64,000 bases of DNA from Patescibacteria group bacterium (GCA_018971685.1 JAGXAG010000003.1:24366-88365); one strand, 5' to 3'. Shown: positions 22,014 through 31,725, counted from the first letter of the stretch. Program-made: numbers and translations. Notes: generated by a model not told the origin, from the letters alone.

Positions 22014-23372
22014 TTATTTCGACAACAAGGTGTCTATTCTATTAATATCTCTTGGAAACAGTGTGGCTTCTTTGACATTGTCAATATCGAGTAATTTCGC
22101 TGTTAACCTTTCCAGACCCATACCGAGCCCGCCGTGCGGGGGCATGCCGTATTTGAAAGCTTGCAGATAATAGACGAATTTGTCGGGATTTAATCCCTTG
22201 TCTTTCATTGAAGATACCAGGGCATCGTAATCGTGTATGCGTTGCGCCCCTGTGGTAATCTCTACGCCTCGGAACAACAAATCGAAGCCTTTCGTGTAAG
22301 CAGGATCCTTTTCATCTCGATAAGTATAGAAGGGCCTTTTGGCGGTGGGGAAGTTTGTTATGAATATGAAGTCAGACCCGAATTGCTTTTGGGCATAATC
22401 GCATAACCACCTTTCATGTTCAGGTTCAAGGTCTGGTTCGTTCGTACAATCTTTGTCGGTTTCTTTCGTTATGACCGCTTGGGCTTCGCGCAATGTCATC
22501 TTGGGTATTTCTTTCGGCACAGACGGTATCTTTGCTCCCAGGAGTTTGAATTCTTGAGCGTAGTTGTCTCGCAGGTCACTCTCTAGTTGGCTGAAGAATT
22601 CGTTCTCGATCGTCATTATATCTTTATGATCTTTAATAAAGCCCATTTCTATGTCCATACTGGTGTATTCATTCAAATGTCTGGTGGTACTGTGCTTTTC
22701 GGCCCTATAAACATTGCCTATGGCAAATACCTTTTCGAATACTCCGACCATGATCTGTTTGTACAGTTGAGGGCTTTGTGCCAAATGCGCAGTATGGCCG
22801 AAATACTCTACATCGAAAGAGTTCGCGCCACCTTCGGCATCATCGCCTATGAGTTTCGGCGCTTGGAATTCAACGAATCCTTTGTCGCGGAAAAATTTCC
22901 GGAACGATTCTACGATCTGTGCCTGGACTTTGAATATTGCCGAATGTTTCTCGTCACGCAAAGTGAGCGGTAAGTAGTCGAGGTGGGTGTCGATATTTAT
23001 CTTCGTACCCAATTCGAACGGTAGTTCTTTGGCCCGGCTTAATACTTCAACATTTTTCAATTCGATCTCAATCTCGCCGTTCGGTTCAATCTCGCCGGTT
23101 TCTTTATTCTTGGAAACCATCTTTTCGGGCCTTTTGTTGACGATGCCGGTTGCCTTTACTACCCACTCGGGTCGGACAATGTTCGCGATTTCGTGGGCTT
23201 CTTTGTTATTGGGCAATGCCACGCTTTGCACTTTGCCGCTCACATCTCGCAAATCGATGAATATGAGCTTGCCGTGGTCGCGCCGTACATCGACCCAGCC
23301 GAAAACCGAGACTTCTTGGCCGGTTTTTTCTCGCAAGTTTTTTATATATGTGCGATCGCGCATGATTGGCAT
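22014..23372 (-). CDS. aspS: aspartate--tRNA ligase, type 2 (archaeal/eukaryotic-like, class IIb)
   Basis: 452 aa. N-terminal OB fold. Class II motifs FRAEKHSTTRHLNEYTSMDIE, TGAQRIHDYD and GMPPHGGLGMGLERL. An AsnRS identity cannot be excluded from sequence alone. Confidence 0.75.
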   Translation of the reverse strand: MPIMRDRTYIKNLREKTGQEVSVFGWVDVRRDHGKLIFIDLRDVSGKVQSVALPNNKEAHEIANIVRPEWVVKATGIVNKRPEKMVSKNKETGEIEPNGEIEIELKNVEVLSRAKELPFELGTKINIDTHLDYLPLTLRDEKHSAIFKVQAQIVESFRKFFRDKGFVEFQAPKLIGDDAEGGANSFDVEYFGHTAHLAQSPQLYKQIMVGVFEKVFAIGNVYRAEKHSTTRHLNEYTSMDIEMGFIKDHKDIMTIENEFFSQLESDLRDNYAQEFKLLGAKIPSVPKEIPKMTLREAQAVITKETDKDCTNEPDLEPEHERWLCDYAQKQFGSDFIFITNFPTAKRPFYTYRDEKDPAYTKGFDLLFRGVEITTGAQRIHDYDALVSSMKDKGLNPDKFVYYLQAFKYGMPPHGGLGMGLERLTAKLLDIDNVKEATLFPRDINRIDTLLSK

Positions 23373-23458
23373 ATCATAGCATATATTGTAGTGAAAAATA
23401 AAGATGTTTATGGTGGTTCTATGGCAATTTAGTATCGGTTAATGTATTATATATATCT

Positions 23459-23893
23459 ATGAAAAAAGATATAATCGGCACTGCCCCGGAAGAGCGTTTT
23501 GATGTACTCACAAAGGAGGCATCTGAGAGATTGACTTGTCCTATTTCGACTGTGTCTATTATTGACAACGACCGCGAGTGGTATAAGTCAGTCGTTGGCT
23601 TGAATGAAAAGCAGGCCCCCATAGCAGCTTCATTCTGCGTGCATGCCATGAAGGCTAAAAGCGTATTTCTGGTCGAAGACACACTGAATGATCCTCGTTT
23701 TGTCAATAACCCAATGGTTGTTAATCCGCCGAAAATCCGTGCTTATGCCGGAGTGGCATTATATGATAGAAAGTCTGAAATGCCGCTAGGTGCGTTTTGC
23801 GTGAAAGATATCAAACCGAGAAAATTCACGGTTGAAGAGATAGATGCGTTGGTCGATATAGCGTCACGCGTAGAGGACGAATTGAATAAATAG
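23459..23893 (+). CDS. GAF domain protein
   Basis: 144 aa with a GAF-like core (..SIIDNDREW..AYAGVALYD..PLGAFCV..). Confidence 0.55.
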   Translation: MKKDIIGTAPEERFDVLTKEASERLTCPISTVSIIDNDREWYKSVVGLNEKQAPIAASFCVHAMKAKSVFLVEDTLNDPRFVNNPMVVNPPKIRAYAGVALYDRKSEMPLGAFCVKDIKPRKFTVEEIDALVDIASRVEDELNK

Positions 23894-23926
23894 TCGATAT
23901 TATCAACAGTAAACTTAAAAATTATT

Positions 23927-24169
23927 ATGATGTGGGGATATTATGGCAATAATATGTGGAATGGCTTCTGGCCGTGGAGTGTTGTAGGCGGCTTGGTGCA
24001 AGTACTTATTGTAGTTTTTATCATAATGGTCATCGTGCGCGTAGTCAGGCACGAAAGATGTCATGGCTGGAAAGGCTCTTCGGCCGAGGAAGTATTGAAA
24101 GAAAGGTTTGCCAAGGGGGAAATTACCAAAGAAGAGTACGAGGAAAAATTGAAAGTGATTCGCGGATAG
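23927..24169 (+). CDS. SHOCT-domain small membrane protein
   Basis: N-terminal TM (VVGGLVQVLIVVFIIMVIV) and a C-terminal SAEEVLKERFAKGEITKEEYEEKLKVI matching the SHOCT motif. Confidence 0.55.
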   Translation: MMWGYYGNNMWNGFWPWSVVGGLVQVLIVVFIIMVIVRVVRHERCHGWKGSSAEEVLKERFAKGEITKEEYEEKLKVIRG

Positions 24170-24195
24170 TTCGCTGTGTTTACCGATGTTTATCG

Positions 24196-24206
24196 AGGTC
24201 GGACCT
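24196..24206. repeat. GGTCGGACC-core hairpin motif copy (AGGT-CGG-ACCT)
   Basis: Read directly, 27 nt after the stop of the SHOCT gene. Confidence 0.45.
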
Positions 24207-24263
24207 TAGCGAGCGTGCATGAACACAAAACTCTCTTTCTGTAATTTCTGCTAGAATTAGTCC

Positions 24264-25280
24264 ATGACCGAAATTTCGTCGATAATAAAAGAGAAGGCGC
24301 CGCTCATTCTCGCCGAAATAAAGAAGGCGAACTCGATTTTGCTGCATTGTCATCCATCACCGGACCCTGATTCGGTAGGTTCGGCTTTGGCGATGAGGTT
24401 CGCGCTGGAGCAAATGGGCAAGAAGGCGACAGTTATCAAAGGCGATTCGGAGATTCCGCTCGCGTTCATGCATTTTCCGGGCGCGAATGAGATTGTGCGG
24501 AAGAATTTCTTTGAAATTGATTTGAAAGAATTTGATTTGTTTTTGAGTTTGGACAGTGCAAGCACGGGTATGATTTCAAGGCGTGGGGAAATGAAAGCAC
24601 CTTTGCCGATAAGGACGATCAATATTGACCATCACCCGTCGAATACTTCATACGGCGAGATCAATCTTGTAGATCCCGCATCGCCGGCGCTGGCTTTTAT
24701 GCTGTATCAGCTATTCACAACTTGGAACATTGAATTTACTCACGACATATCAGTCGACTTATTTGTCGGCATGTACACTGACACCGGAGGTTTCAAATAT
24801 GAAGGTGTAAGTTATCGCGTACTGGAAGCGGCCGCCGAACTGAGCAAGATCGCTCCGGATTTTACCAAAGCGCTTTTCATATTGGATAATAGCAATCAAA
24901 AAGACGCGATTTACTTCGATGCGGCGGCGTTAAATTCGGTGAAGACTTATTTGAATGATAATATTGTAATCGCTACGGTTTCTCAGGCTGATCTGAAGGC
25001 AAGATCCATCTCTCCGGCGGTAGCGGGCGGAAGCGAGGTTGAGAATCGGTTGAAATCAGTGATCGGCTGGAATATCAGCGCGTTACTGACTGAAATTGAC
25101 CCGGACAAAATAAAAATAAGTTTTCGAACCAGGGATGCCGATAAATTCGATGTCTCCAAGCTTGCGGTTGCGCTCGGCGGCGGAGGACACAAGGCGACTT
25201 CGGGCGCGTTACTGGAAATGCCACTTGAGGAGGCGAAGGCGGCAGTTGTGTCAAAAGCCAAAGAGCTTTACAATCTGTAG
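24264..25280 (+). CDS. nrnA: DHH/DHHA1 phosphoesterase (NrnA-like oligoribonuclease / pAp phosphatase)
   Basis: DHH motifs (HPSPDPDSVGSALA, NIDHHPSN) and the DHHA1 GGGGHKATSGA motif. Confidence 0.8.
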   Translation: MTEISSIIKEKAPLILAEIKKANSILLHCHPSPDPDSVGSALAMRFALEQMGKKATVIKGDSEIPLAFMHFPGANEIVRKNFFEIDLKEFDLFLSLDSASTGMISRRGEMKAPLPIRTINIDHHPSNTSYGEINLVDPASPALAFMLYQLFTTWNIEFTHDISVDLFVGMYTDTGGFKYEGVSYRVLEAAAELSKIAPDFTKALFILDNSNQKDAIYFDAAALNSVKTYLNDNIVIATVSQADLKARSISPAVAGGSEVENRLKSVIGWNISALLTEIDPDKIKISFRTRDADKFDVSKLAVALGGGGHKATSGALLEMPLEEAKAAVVSKAKELYNL

Positions 25281-25295
25281 CATTAACGGTAATGT

Positions 25296-25316
25296 TTCCA
25301 AGGTCGGACCTTGGAA
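25296..25316. repeat. GGTCGGACC-core hairpin motif copy (TTCCAAGGT-CGG-ACCTTGGAA, perfect palindrome)
   Basis: Read directly, between the nrnA stop (25280) and the cyclophilin ATG (25326). Confidence 0.5.
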
Positions 25317-25325
25317 TGTAAAAAT

Positions 25326-26060
25326 ATGAAAAGAAACATCACAATCGCAGTAGTCGCAGTCATCGTCATCGCCGCAGCATGGTTATTATTGGATCACCGT
25401 TCACCGTACCCGATGAGCCCGGAGGAAATATTAAACCCCGCCACTTCGACGATGCAGATCAACGGGGAGAATTCAACATCGACTTCAACGGCACAAACAA
25501 ACAATACTTCGTCTTCAACAATTAACAACCAGCAACCAGACCAAGCGCAAACCGCCGGCACTAATCTTCCGCCAAACAAAAACTTCATGCACACCGTAAC
25601 CATACAAACCAATAAAGGCACGATCGTCTTCGAAACCTATGACGCCGATGCGCCGAATACCGTCAAGAATTTCATCACGCTCGCCGATAAAGGATTTTAT
25701 AATGGCCTTATCTTCCACCGGGTTATCAACGGCTTCATGATCCAAGGCGGCGATCCGACCGGCACCGGCATGGGCGGTCCGGGCTATAAATTCGCCGACG
25801 AATTGAATCCGAACACGGTTTCATATAAAGCCGGCTATGTGCGCGGCACGGTCGCTATGGCCAACGCCGGTCCCGATACCAACGGCTCGCAATTCTTCAT
25901 CATGCAGAAAGACAACGCTTTGCCGCACGATTACACGATTTTCGGCAAGGTCATTTCCGGCATGGATGTAGTCGACGCTATCGCTTCGGTAAAGACCGAC
26001 CAGTATAAAAAGCCGCTTACGCCAGTCACCATGTCCAAAGTGACAGTGGCGACAAATTAG
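25326..26060 (+). CDS. ppiB: peptidyl-prolyl cis-trans isomerase, cyclophilin type, membrane-anchored with Ser/Thr/Asn-rich linker
   Basis: FHRVINGFMIQGGDP..GTGMGGPGYKFADE cyclophilin core. The track start is TTG 25311. ATG 25326 (MKRNITIAVVAVIVIAAAW) is preferred. Confidence 0.85.
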   Translation: MKRNITIAVVAVIVIAAAWLLLDHRSPYPMSPEEILNPATSTMQINGENSTSTSTAQTNNTSSSTINNQQPDQAQTAGTNLPPNKNFMHTVTIQTNKGTIVFETYDADAPNTVKNFITLADKGFYNGLIFHRVINGFMIQGGDPTGTGMGGPGYKFADELNPNTVSYKAGYVRGTVAMANAGPDTNGSQFFIMQKDNALPHDYTIFGKVISGMDVVDAIASVKTDQYKKPLTPVTMSKVTVATN

Positions 26061-26135
26061 GTAAAGGCACATCAACCGTTGGACAGTTGTGTTTTTCACA
26101 AGAAGTTGTAGTATCTTGTACAGAAAGGTCACAAC

Positions 26136-26483
26136 ATGAAAAAAGAGCGTTTTTCTTATGTGTTACCAATAGGCGATTACACGAACCGTTGTATTGCCGA
26201 ATACCTTGATGACCGAAAAACAGACGCCGAGAAAAAGAAATGCGTACGAGGCGCCAAAGAGCCGATCGGTGTCTGGGAAATGACGCATGACGAGGTACTG
26301 GCGTTGGTGGAAAGTCGAAAAAATCTCAATTTTAGATTCAAGGTCTACGAATCTACGCCACTCGGTGATCTCGAGGAAAGTTTGGTATCTGTCATTTCGC
26401 CGGACAAGGTAGGCGGTAACAACGCTTCCAACGCCAAAGTCCGAGCCGTAAAGCGGCGGCTCTGCAAACTTGCCGGGAAATGA
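26136..26483 (+). CDS. hypothetical protein
   Basis: 115-aa ORF followed by a strong terminator. No family recognised. Confidence 0.4.
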   Translation: MKKERFSYVLPIGDYTNRCIAEYLDDRKTDAEKKKCVRGAKEPIGVWEMTHDEVLALVESRKNLNFRFKVYESTPLGDLEESLVSVISPDKVGGNNASNAKVRAVKRRLCKLAGK

Positions 26484-26510
26484 CGCGGATTCGAGGATAT
26501 TTTTTGTCGC

Positions 26511-26534
26511 GCCGGCCGTATTACGGCCGGTTTT
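26511..26534 (+). terminator. rho-independent terminator
   Basis: Stem GCCGGCCGTA, loop T, stem TACGGCCGG, followed by TTTT, 28 nt after the stop of 26136..26483. Confidence 0.6.
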
Positions 26535-26547
26535 CATTTATTAAAAA

Positions 26548-26567
26548 GCGGCTCACGCCGGAGCCGC
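26548..26567 (-). terminator. hairpin GCGGCTC-ACGCCG-GAGCCGC at the 3' end of the minus-strand gene 26553..27083
   Basis: 7-bp stem overlapping the stop codon. On the minus strand it is followed by TTTTTAATAA. Confidence 0.4.
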
Positions 26568-27083
26568 CCTGAGGGATAGGAACTTGTCGCGTTGTCTCGC
26601 GACTGCACCTATGACTTTACCGTAAGTGGTCATTGGTGGATCCAAGATATTTACGACGACAGCTCTAATCCCGCCGTCTGGATGCTCTCGTTCAAATCTG
26701 AGAGCGTTCATTTGGGAGCTTTTGATGTTTATAAAGATTGGACCTACATCAACAGTATGGAACATGAAGTCAACACCTTTTTTGTCCATTGTTGAGTATT
26801 TCTTCTTTCTCTCCCAACCCAAAAGCCATGAAGGGAGCTTATCTTCCGACTCGGCTTTATCGAAAACCTCCTCCACATACTTTTCGGCGCGGTCTCCAAG
26901 TTCCAAGGCAATCCGTCCAAAGATCGCGCTGATTTTCGGGTTGAACTTCTTCGGCACCCTGACTCTTTTTACAAAGTGTCTCAATGTTATCACCTCCTTT
27001 CTATAGGATATGTAATGATATTTGCATGAAAAAGTCAATAGCCAGCCGAAATCTTTAATATTCTTTCCAATCGGAATTTGCAA
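26553..27083 (-). CDS. hypothetical protein (possible restriction-endonuclease-like fold)
   Basis: 176-aa ORF divergent from the Cas4-like gene. A weak D..(I/V)xK pattern (VDFMFHTVD..INIKSS) was seen, with no confident family. Confidence 0.35.
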   Translation of the reverse strand: MQIPIGKNIKDFGWLLTFSCKYHYISYRKEVITLRHFVKRVRVPKKFNPKISAIFGRIALELGDRAEKYVEEVFDKAESEDKLPSWLLGWERKKKYSTMDKKGVDFMFHTVDVGPIFINIKSSQMNALRFEREHPDGGIRAVVVNILDPPMTTYGKVIGAVARQRDKFLSLRAAPA

Positions 27084-27135
27084 TAGTTATTTTACAAATT
27101 TCTAAAATAGACTGGCTCGTGGTACCATTCAATCC

Positions 27136-27930
27136 ATGAGTGAATACTACAAACCGAGAAAAACGCGCGGATTGTTCGATCCGAGATCGGAAGAGCCGTA
27201 TAGAATAAGCAGGAGCAAGATCGACTTGTTCGTGGAGTGCCCGCTGTGTTTCTACTTGGACGCCAGGCTGGGCGTGGCACGGCCACCATCGTACCCATTG
27301 ACCTTGAATGTTGCCGTCGACGAACTATTGAAGAAGGAATTCGACACGCATAGAGTCGCCAAGACGCGCCACCCGTTCATGGAAACTTACAAGATCGACG
27401 CTGTGCCGTTCGACCACCCCAAAATGGAAGAGTGGAGAGACTCGTTGCGCCGCGGCATCGAATTCGTGCATCCTGAGACCAACCTATCCGTGCGCGGTGG
27501 CGTTGACGATGTCTGGGTCAACCCCAAAGGTGAACTTATCATCGTCGATTACAAAGCCACTTCCAAGCGCGACGAGATCACCCTCGAAGGCAAACTCGGC
27601 GCACAATACAAGCGGCAGATGGAGGTTTACCAGTGGCTCTTCCGGCAGAACGGCTTCAAGGTCTCTCCGACCGGCTATTTCGTCTATGTCAATGGCAATA
27701 AGGACGCTGAAGCCTTCGATAAGAAGCTTGAATTCAATGTCGTGCTTTTGCCATGCAAAGGCGATCCCTCCTGGCTCGAGCCCGTTCTCCTCAAATTGAA
27801 GCAAACCCTTCTCTCAGGCACTCCTCCGGCCCCCGGCGCCGACTGCGACTTTTGTGCTTACCGCAAAGCCGCCCGCGATGTACAAGTCGATGCCAAAAAC
27901 ACCGCGAAAAATAAAAAGTTGAAGCTCTGA
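27136..27930 (+). CDS. Cas4-like / RecB-family PD-(D/E)XK nuclease with 4-Cys cluster
   Basis: CPLCFY near the N-terminus and CDFCAY near the C-terminus, with a catalytic core GGVDDVW..GELIIVDYKAT..QMEVYQWL. No cas genes or CRISPR repeats are nearby. Confidence 0.65.
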   Translation: MSEYYKPRKTRGLFDPRSEEPYRISRSKIDLFVECPLCFYLDARLGVARPPSYPLTLNVAVDELLKKEFDTHRVAKTRHPFMETYKIDAVPFDHPKMEEWRDSLRRGIEFVHPETNLSVRGGVDDVWVNPKGELIIVDYKATSKRDEITLEGKLGAQYKRQMEVYQWLFRQNGFKVSPTGYFVYVNGNKDAEAFDKKLEFNVVLLPCKGDPSWLEPVLLKLKQTLLSGTPPAPGADCDFCAYRKAARDVQVDAKNTAKNKKLKL

Positions 27931-28091
27931 TGTCGCCGGCGTAGATATTTTCTTGGTTTATCTTACCAAGTTATTCCAGAATGTATCCTCTTTCTTATCG
28001 ATAATTCATGGAATATTGAATGCAAGATTGAAAATATCAGCAGAACATTCGTTTTATCTGACAGTTGAACCGACCGTTTTCCCATCTTTGT

Positions 28092-29579
28092 TCAAGGAGA
28101 TTTATCGCGCGATCTTTCAGTCTTGGTATGGTTTTGCCCATTCTTTTTTATCGGTATTGTGACGACGCACACAGTGCCTATACTGTGTTTACTTTCGATC
28201 TTGAATTCTCCGCCAAGTTCTTCAACGACCGCTCTCGTCGTCATAAGCCCTCTGCCGGTGCCGTTTGGTTTGGTTGTGAATGGCCGCCTACCTAACTTGT
28301 CAGACAATTCAGCCGGAATACCGCAACCGTTATCCGTCACTTGGAAAACCGCCCGGTCGCCGGTTTTTTCGAGAGATATGATTATGCTTTTTGGATATGC
28401 TTCGATGGCATTCGAGACCAGATTTAAGAACATCTGATGAATCCTTATAGGTTCGACAGGAATGGAAACCTGATCGCACTTCCCGACCGTGATTTTGATG
28501 CCAGCGACGCGTGCCTTATAAGCGGTGAGGTCTTTCACTATCTGAACCTCCTTGGCCAGATTTGTGGTATTTTCACCAACGCAACCTGTGCAATCGCTTG
28601 CGCGTCTGATACTCGTCATGAATGATTTCATCCGCCGTGAAGCGGCCAGCGTCTTTTCCACCATTTCCGCCGTCTCTTCAGGATGATTGGGCGCTTTGGC
28701 CATGTGTTCTACATAAAGAGCCAATGACGATAACGGGTTCATCAGGTCGTGGAACAAGCCTTGGGACAACTCTCCAAACCGGGCGTTTTCTTCAAGATCA
28801 GAAAATCTTTTTCTTTCCGAAGCCAACATGTCCTCGGTACGCTCAGCCACAATCCGCTCGAGGGAATTCCTCTCCTGTTCCAATAATTTTTCAGAATGTC
28901 TGGCTCTGTATAATGATTTGTCGATTTCCCGGTTCGATAGCCAGGAAATAAAACTTAAGAAGAAGAATATTGAAACATAACTAGCCAGATCGGTCGCGCT
29001 GATGATCCGCATGTGCCAATCGGGCACGCCCATTACGAACGCTTCACGCCAGCCAAGCGCGATCGAAGCGAGCACCATGATTACGGCCGTAAAGAAACCT
29101 ATTCCGGAGCCGAGAAGTATGCTAGCCGTGACTATCACCAAAGTATTGGTGAGCAAAGTAGCCGGCAAGCTTTCTCCATACAACCACCCAGATAACATTG
29201 CACCTATGGCGAACAATGAGGTAAGCATATAAGCGGCCAAGACGGGCCGACCTCTTTTGGATATTATGAACAACAAGACAAGGAAGCTCGGAATAGATGC
29301 AAATACTAACGGATGAATACCATCATAATCTTCTCCAAACCTGGACCAGTTCAGCAATTTCGTTACGAAGAGTATTGACAGCAGAAATATTGATACCATT
29401 AATACGGTATTTAACAGGTATTCGTGCCGGCGAGTATCTTCATCTGCTGAACACGGTCCTATTATCTTGCCGATTGTTTTCGCCGCCCGAATCTTAAATA
29501 TCCGAGCGGCGCGAACAACCATCGAGCCGAAAGTGCTTCGAGAAAATTTGCCTAAATTCTCGAAAGCGTAGGGAACCAT
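28092..29579 (-). CDS. sensor histidine kinase (multi-TM sensor, HisKA + HATPase_c)
   Basis: About 6 N-terminal TM helices, an H-box (GLFHDLMNPLSSL) and N/G boxes (LNLVSNAIEAY, VTDNGCGIP, GTGRGLMTTRAVVEELGG). Confidence 0.85.
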   Translation of the reverse strand: MVPYAFENLGKFSRSTFGSMVVRAARIFKIRAAKTIGKIIGPCSADEDTRRHEYLLNTVLMVSIFLLSILFVTKLLNWSRFGEDYDGIHPLVFASIPSFLVLLFIISKRGRPVLAAYMLTSLFAIGAMLSGWLYGESLPATLLTNTLVIVTASILLGSGIGFFTAVIMVLASIALGWREAFVMGVPDWHMRIISATDLASYVSIFFFLSFISWLSNREIDKSLYRARHSEKLLEQERNSLERIVAERTEDMLASERKRFSDLEENARFGELSQGLFHDLMNPLSSLALYVEHMAKAPNHPEETAEMVEKTLAASRRMKSFMTSIRRASDCTGCVGENTTNLAKEVQIVKDLTAYKARVAGIKITVGKCDQVSIPVEPIRIHQMFLNLVSNAIEAYPKSIIISLEKTGDRAVFQVTDNGCGIPAELSDKLGRRPFTTKPNGTGRGLMTTRAVVEELGGEFKIESKHSIGTVCVVTIPIKKNGQNHTKTERSRDKSP

Positions 29580-29800
29580 GCTAGCCGTTCCAAGGCACCA
29601 ATTCTTCGGCCTGGTTTCCGGAAGTTACGGGCTCCCGGGAAAGGTTTTGAGCTTTCTCCATTTTCGTCACGAATGAAATGGTTACTAATTGTTATGTCGA
29701 CTACATAACCATTACCAGCCTATCAGATCGCGATTACGGCGCGGTTACGAAGTGATAACAGATCGATAACAAAAGTATGACTTTTCAATGACAAAAGCTG

Positions 29801-30499
29801 TCAAATCGCTGAAAATCGCCTCAAATTTGCCGGCGTGTCTATGATGTAACCTCTGCCCTGGATGTTAGATATCAGATTCGCGCCATGGCTGCGGTTCAAC
29901 TTCTTGCGCAGACGAGCCATATGAGCTTCGACGGTATTTGACATAGGATCGCTGTCAGCCGTCCAAACATGTTCCATGATCATGGGTCTGGAGACTATCT
30001 TGCCTATGTGACGCATCAGATATTCCAAAAGACAGAATTCTTTCTTGGTAAGGTGAACGAGTTTGCCTTTTCGCCGCGCTGTTTGCGTTTCGGTGTCAAG
30101 CGACAAGTCAGCTACCGAAAAAACCGGTTTTCGTATGATATCCGGCCGGCGTGCCACAGCTTTTATTCTGGCGCGCAACTCCTCAAATGAGAAAGGCTTT
30201 GTAATATAATCATCCGCACCTTTGGCAAAAGCCGCGACTTTGATAGAAGTCTCATCAGCCACGGAAAGGAAAAGTATGGGCGTAGTCTTACCGGCACGAC
30301 GAATATCGTCGCAGACTTCCAAGCCGTTCTTTTTCGGCAGAGAATAATCCAAGACAACGACATCGTAGTTGTAACTTCGTGCCAGGAATGAGCCGTCCGC
30401 ACCGTCCGGCGCGATCTCGACAGCGTGAGATTCCGATTCGAGTTCCAATTTTATCATTTCCGCGGTCTCGCGATCATCCTCGACGATCAAGATTTTCAT
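29801..30499 (-). CDS. OmpR-family response regulator (REC + winged-helix)
   Basis: MKILIVEDD..VVLDYSLP receiver domain and a C-terminal trans_reg_C (ARLRKKL..IQGRGY). Confidence 0.85.
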   Translation of the reverse strand: MKILIVEDDRETAEMIKLELESESHAVEIAPDGADGSFLARSYNYDVVVLDYSLPKKNGLEVCDDIRRAGKTTPILFLSVADETSIKVAAFAKGADDYITKPFSFEELRARIKAVARRPDIIRKPVFSVADLSLDTETQTARRKGKLVHLTKKEFCLLEYLMRHIGKIVSRPMIMEHVWTADSDPMSNTVEAHMARLRKKLNRSHGANLISNIQGRGYIIDTPANLRRFSAI

Positions 30500-30507
30500 A
30501 AATTGAA

Positions 30508-31725
30508 TTACTTTAGTTTAGATCTCCTGAGAAATGCCGGAATCGGACCCCAATCGTCGTCCTCGTCTTTCTCCTTGGCGTCTTTTTTGATTTCGATCTT
30601 GATCGGTTCCGTAGGTTTTTTCTGTTCCGGCAGGGAATTGAATATTCGTCCCCGGTCTTTTTCTCCGGAACGCGCCAAAGTTGACACTGCAGATTCGGCC
30701 AAAGGCGCTTGAGCCGCGGAAGAAACACCGGTACCCGAATGCGCTTTTACTGTTTGGCCGTTCGCCGCCGCTTCCGGAAAACCGGTAGCTATGACCGTAA
30801 CCTTGATCTCGTTCTTTTTGAGCTTGTCATCCCGCACGGTTCCGAATATGATCTTGGCTTCGGGATCGATTGACTCGGTAATAACTTTGGCTGCATCTTG
30901 TATTTCGAACATGGTCAGATCCTCGCCACCCGCTATGGAGAACAGTACGCCCTTGGCGCCGTTTATCGAAACATCGAGAAGCGGTGAATTGATGGCCAGC
31001 TTGGCGGCTTCAACGGCGCGATTTTCTCCGGAAGCCGCGCCGATGCCCATCAAAGCCGAGCCGGCATTCTCCATTACTGTTCTGATGTCGGCAAAATCAA
31101 TGTTGATGAGGCCTGGCGTGGTGATAAGATCGGATATGCCTTCGACGGCTTGCCTCAATATTTCGTCGCACATGGCGAAGGCGTTCTTTACAGTTGTCTC
31201 TTTTGAGACCACGGCGAGCAGTTTATCGTTCGGTATTACAATGAGTGCGTCAACTTCTTTGCGCAATTCGTCGAGTGCAGCTTCGGCGATGCGCGACCGC
31301 TGGCGGCCCTCGAAGAAAAACGGCTTGGTGACGACGGCGACAGTCAAGCAGCCAAGCTCTTTCGCCGTGCGGGCAACCATCGGCGCTGCGCCGCTGCAGG
31401 TGCCGCCGCCGAAGCCGCCGGCTACAAAGACCATATCTGCGCCTTTGACGGCTTCCTGGATCTCATCTTTGGTCTCTTCAACGGCACGCCTGCCTAGGTC
31501 AGGGTTCATGCCGGTGCCGAGGCCGCGTGTCAAATTTTTGCCTATATGGATGCGTTTTTTGGTGAGCGAACGATGAAGGTCCTGGGAATCGGTGTTTACG
31601 GAGATAAAATCAACGCCTTTAACCTTGCTGTTGATCATGTGGTTGACCGCATTACCGCCCGAGCCGCCGACTCCAAGCACTTTTATTCTGGCGAACGCTT
31701 CGATTTCCGGTGTGATGTTGGGCAT
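30508..31725 (-). CDS. ftsZ: cell division protein FtsZ
   Basis: GGGTGSG-type tubulin motif (GVGGSGGNAVNHM, AGGFGGGTCSGAAP) and a C-terminal variable tail. Confidence 0.9.
   Translation of the reverse strand: MPNITPEIEAFARIKVLGVGGSGGNAVNHMINSKVKGVDFISVNTDSQDLHRSLTKKRIHIGKNLTRGLGTGMNPDLGRRAVEETKDEIQEAVKGADMVFVAGGFGGGTCSGAAPMVARTAKELGCLTVAVVTKPFFFEGRQRSRIAEAALDELRKEVDALIVIPNDKLLAVVSKETTVKNAFAMCDEILRQAVEGISDLITTPGLINIDFADIRTVMENAGSALMGIGAASGENRAVEAAKLAINSPLLDVSINGAKGVLFSIAGGEDLTMFEIQDAAKVITESIDPEAKIIFGTVRDDKLKKNEIKVTVIATGFPEAAANGQTVKAHSGTGVSSAAQAPLAESAVSTLARSGEKDRGRIFNSLPEQKKPTEPIKIEIKKDAKEKDEDDDWGPIPAFLRRSKLK

Noticed and set aside
25311-25325. TTG start for the cyclophilin gene given by the ORF track
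   Set aside because: The extension overlaps the palindromic GGTCGGACC hairpin. The ATG at 25326 is followed directly by a signal/TM segment, which is the natural N-terminus.
30791-31576. 261-aa + ORF antisense to ftsZ, and 36719..37462 + antisense to rpsA
   Set aside because: The opposite strand encodes unmistakable FtsZ and S1 proteins. The antisense products are Ser/Ala/Pro-rich low-complexity artefacts.
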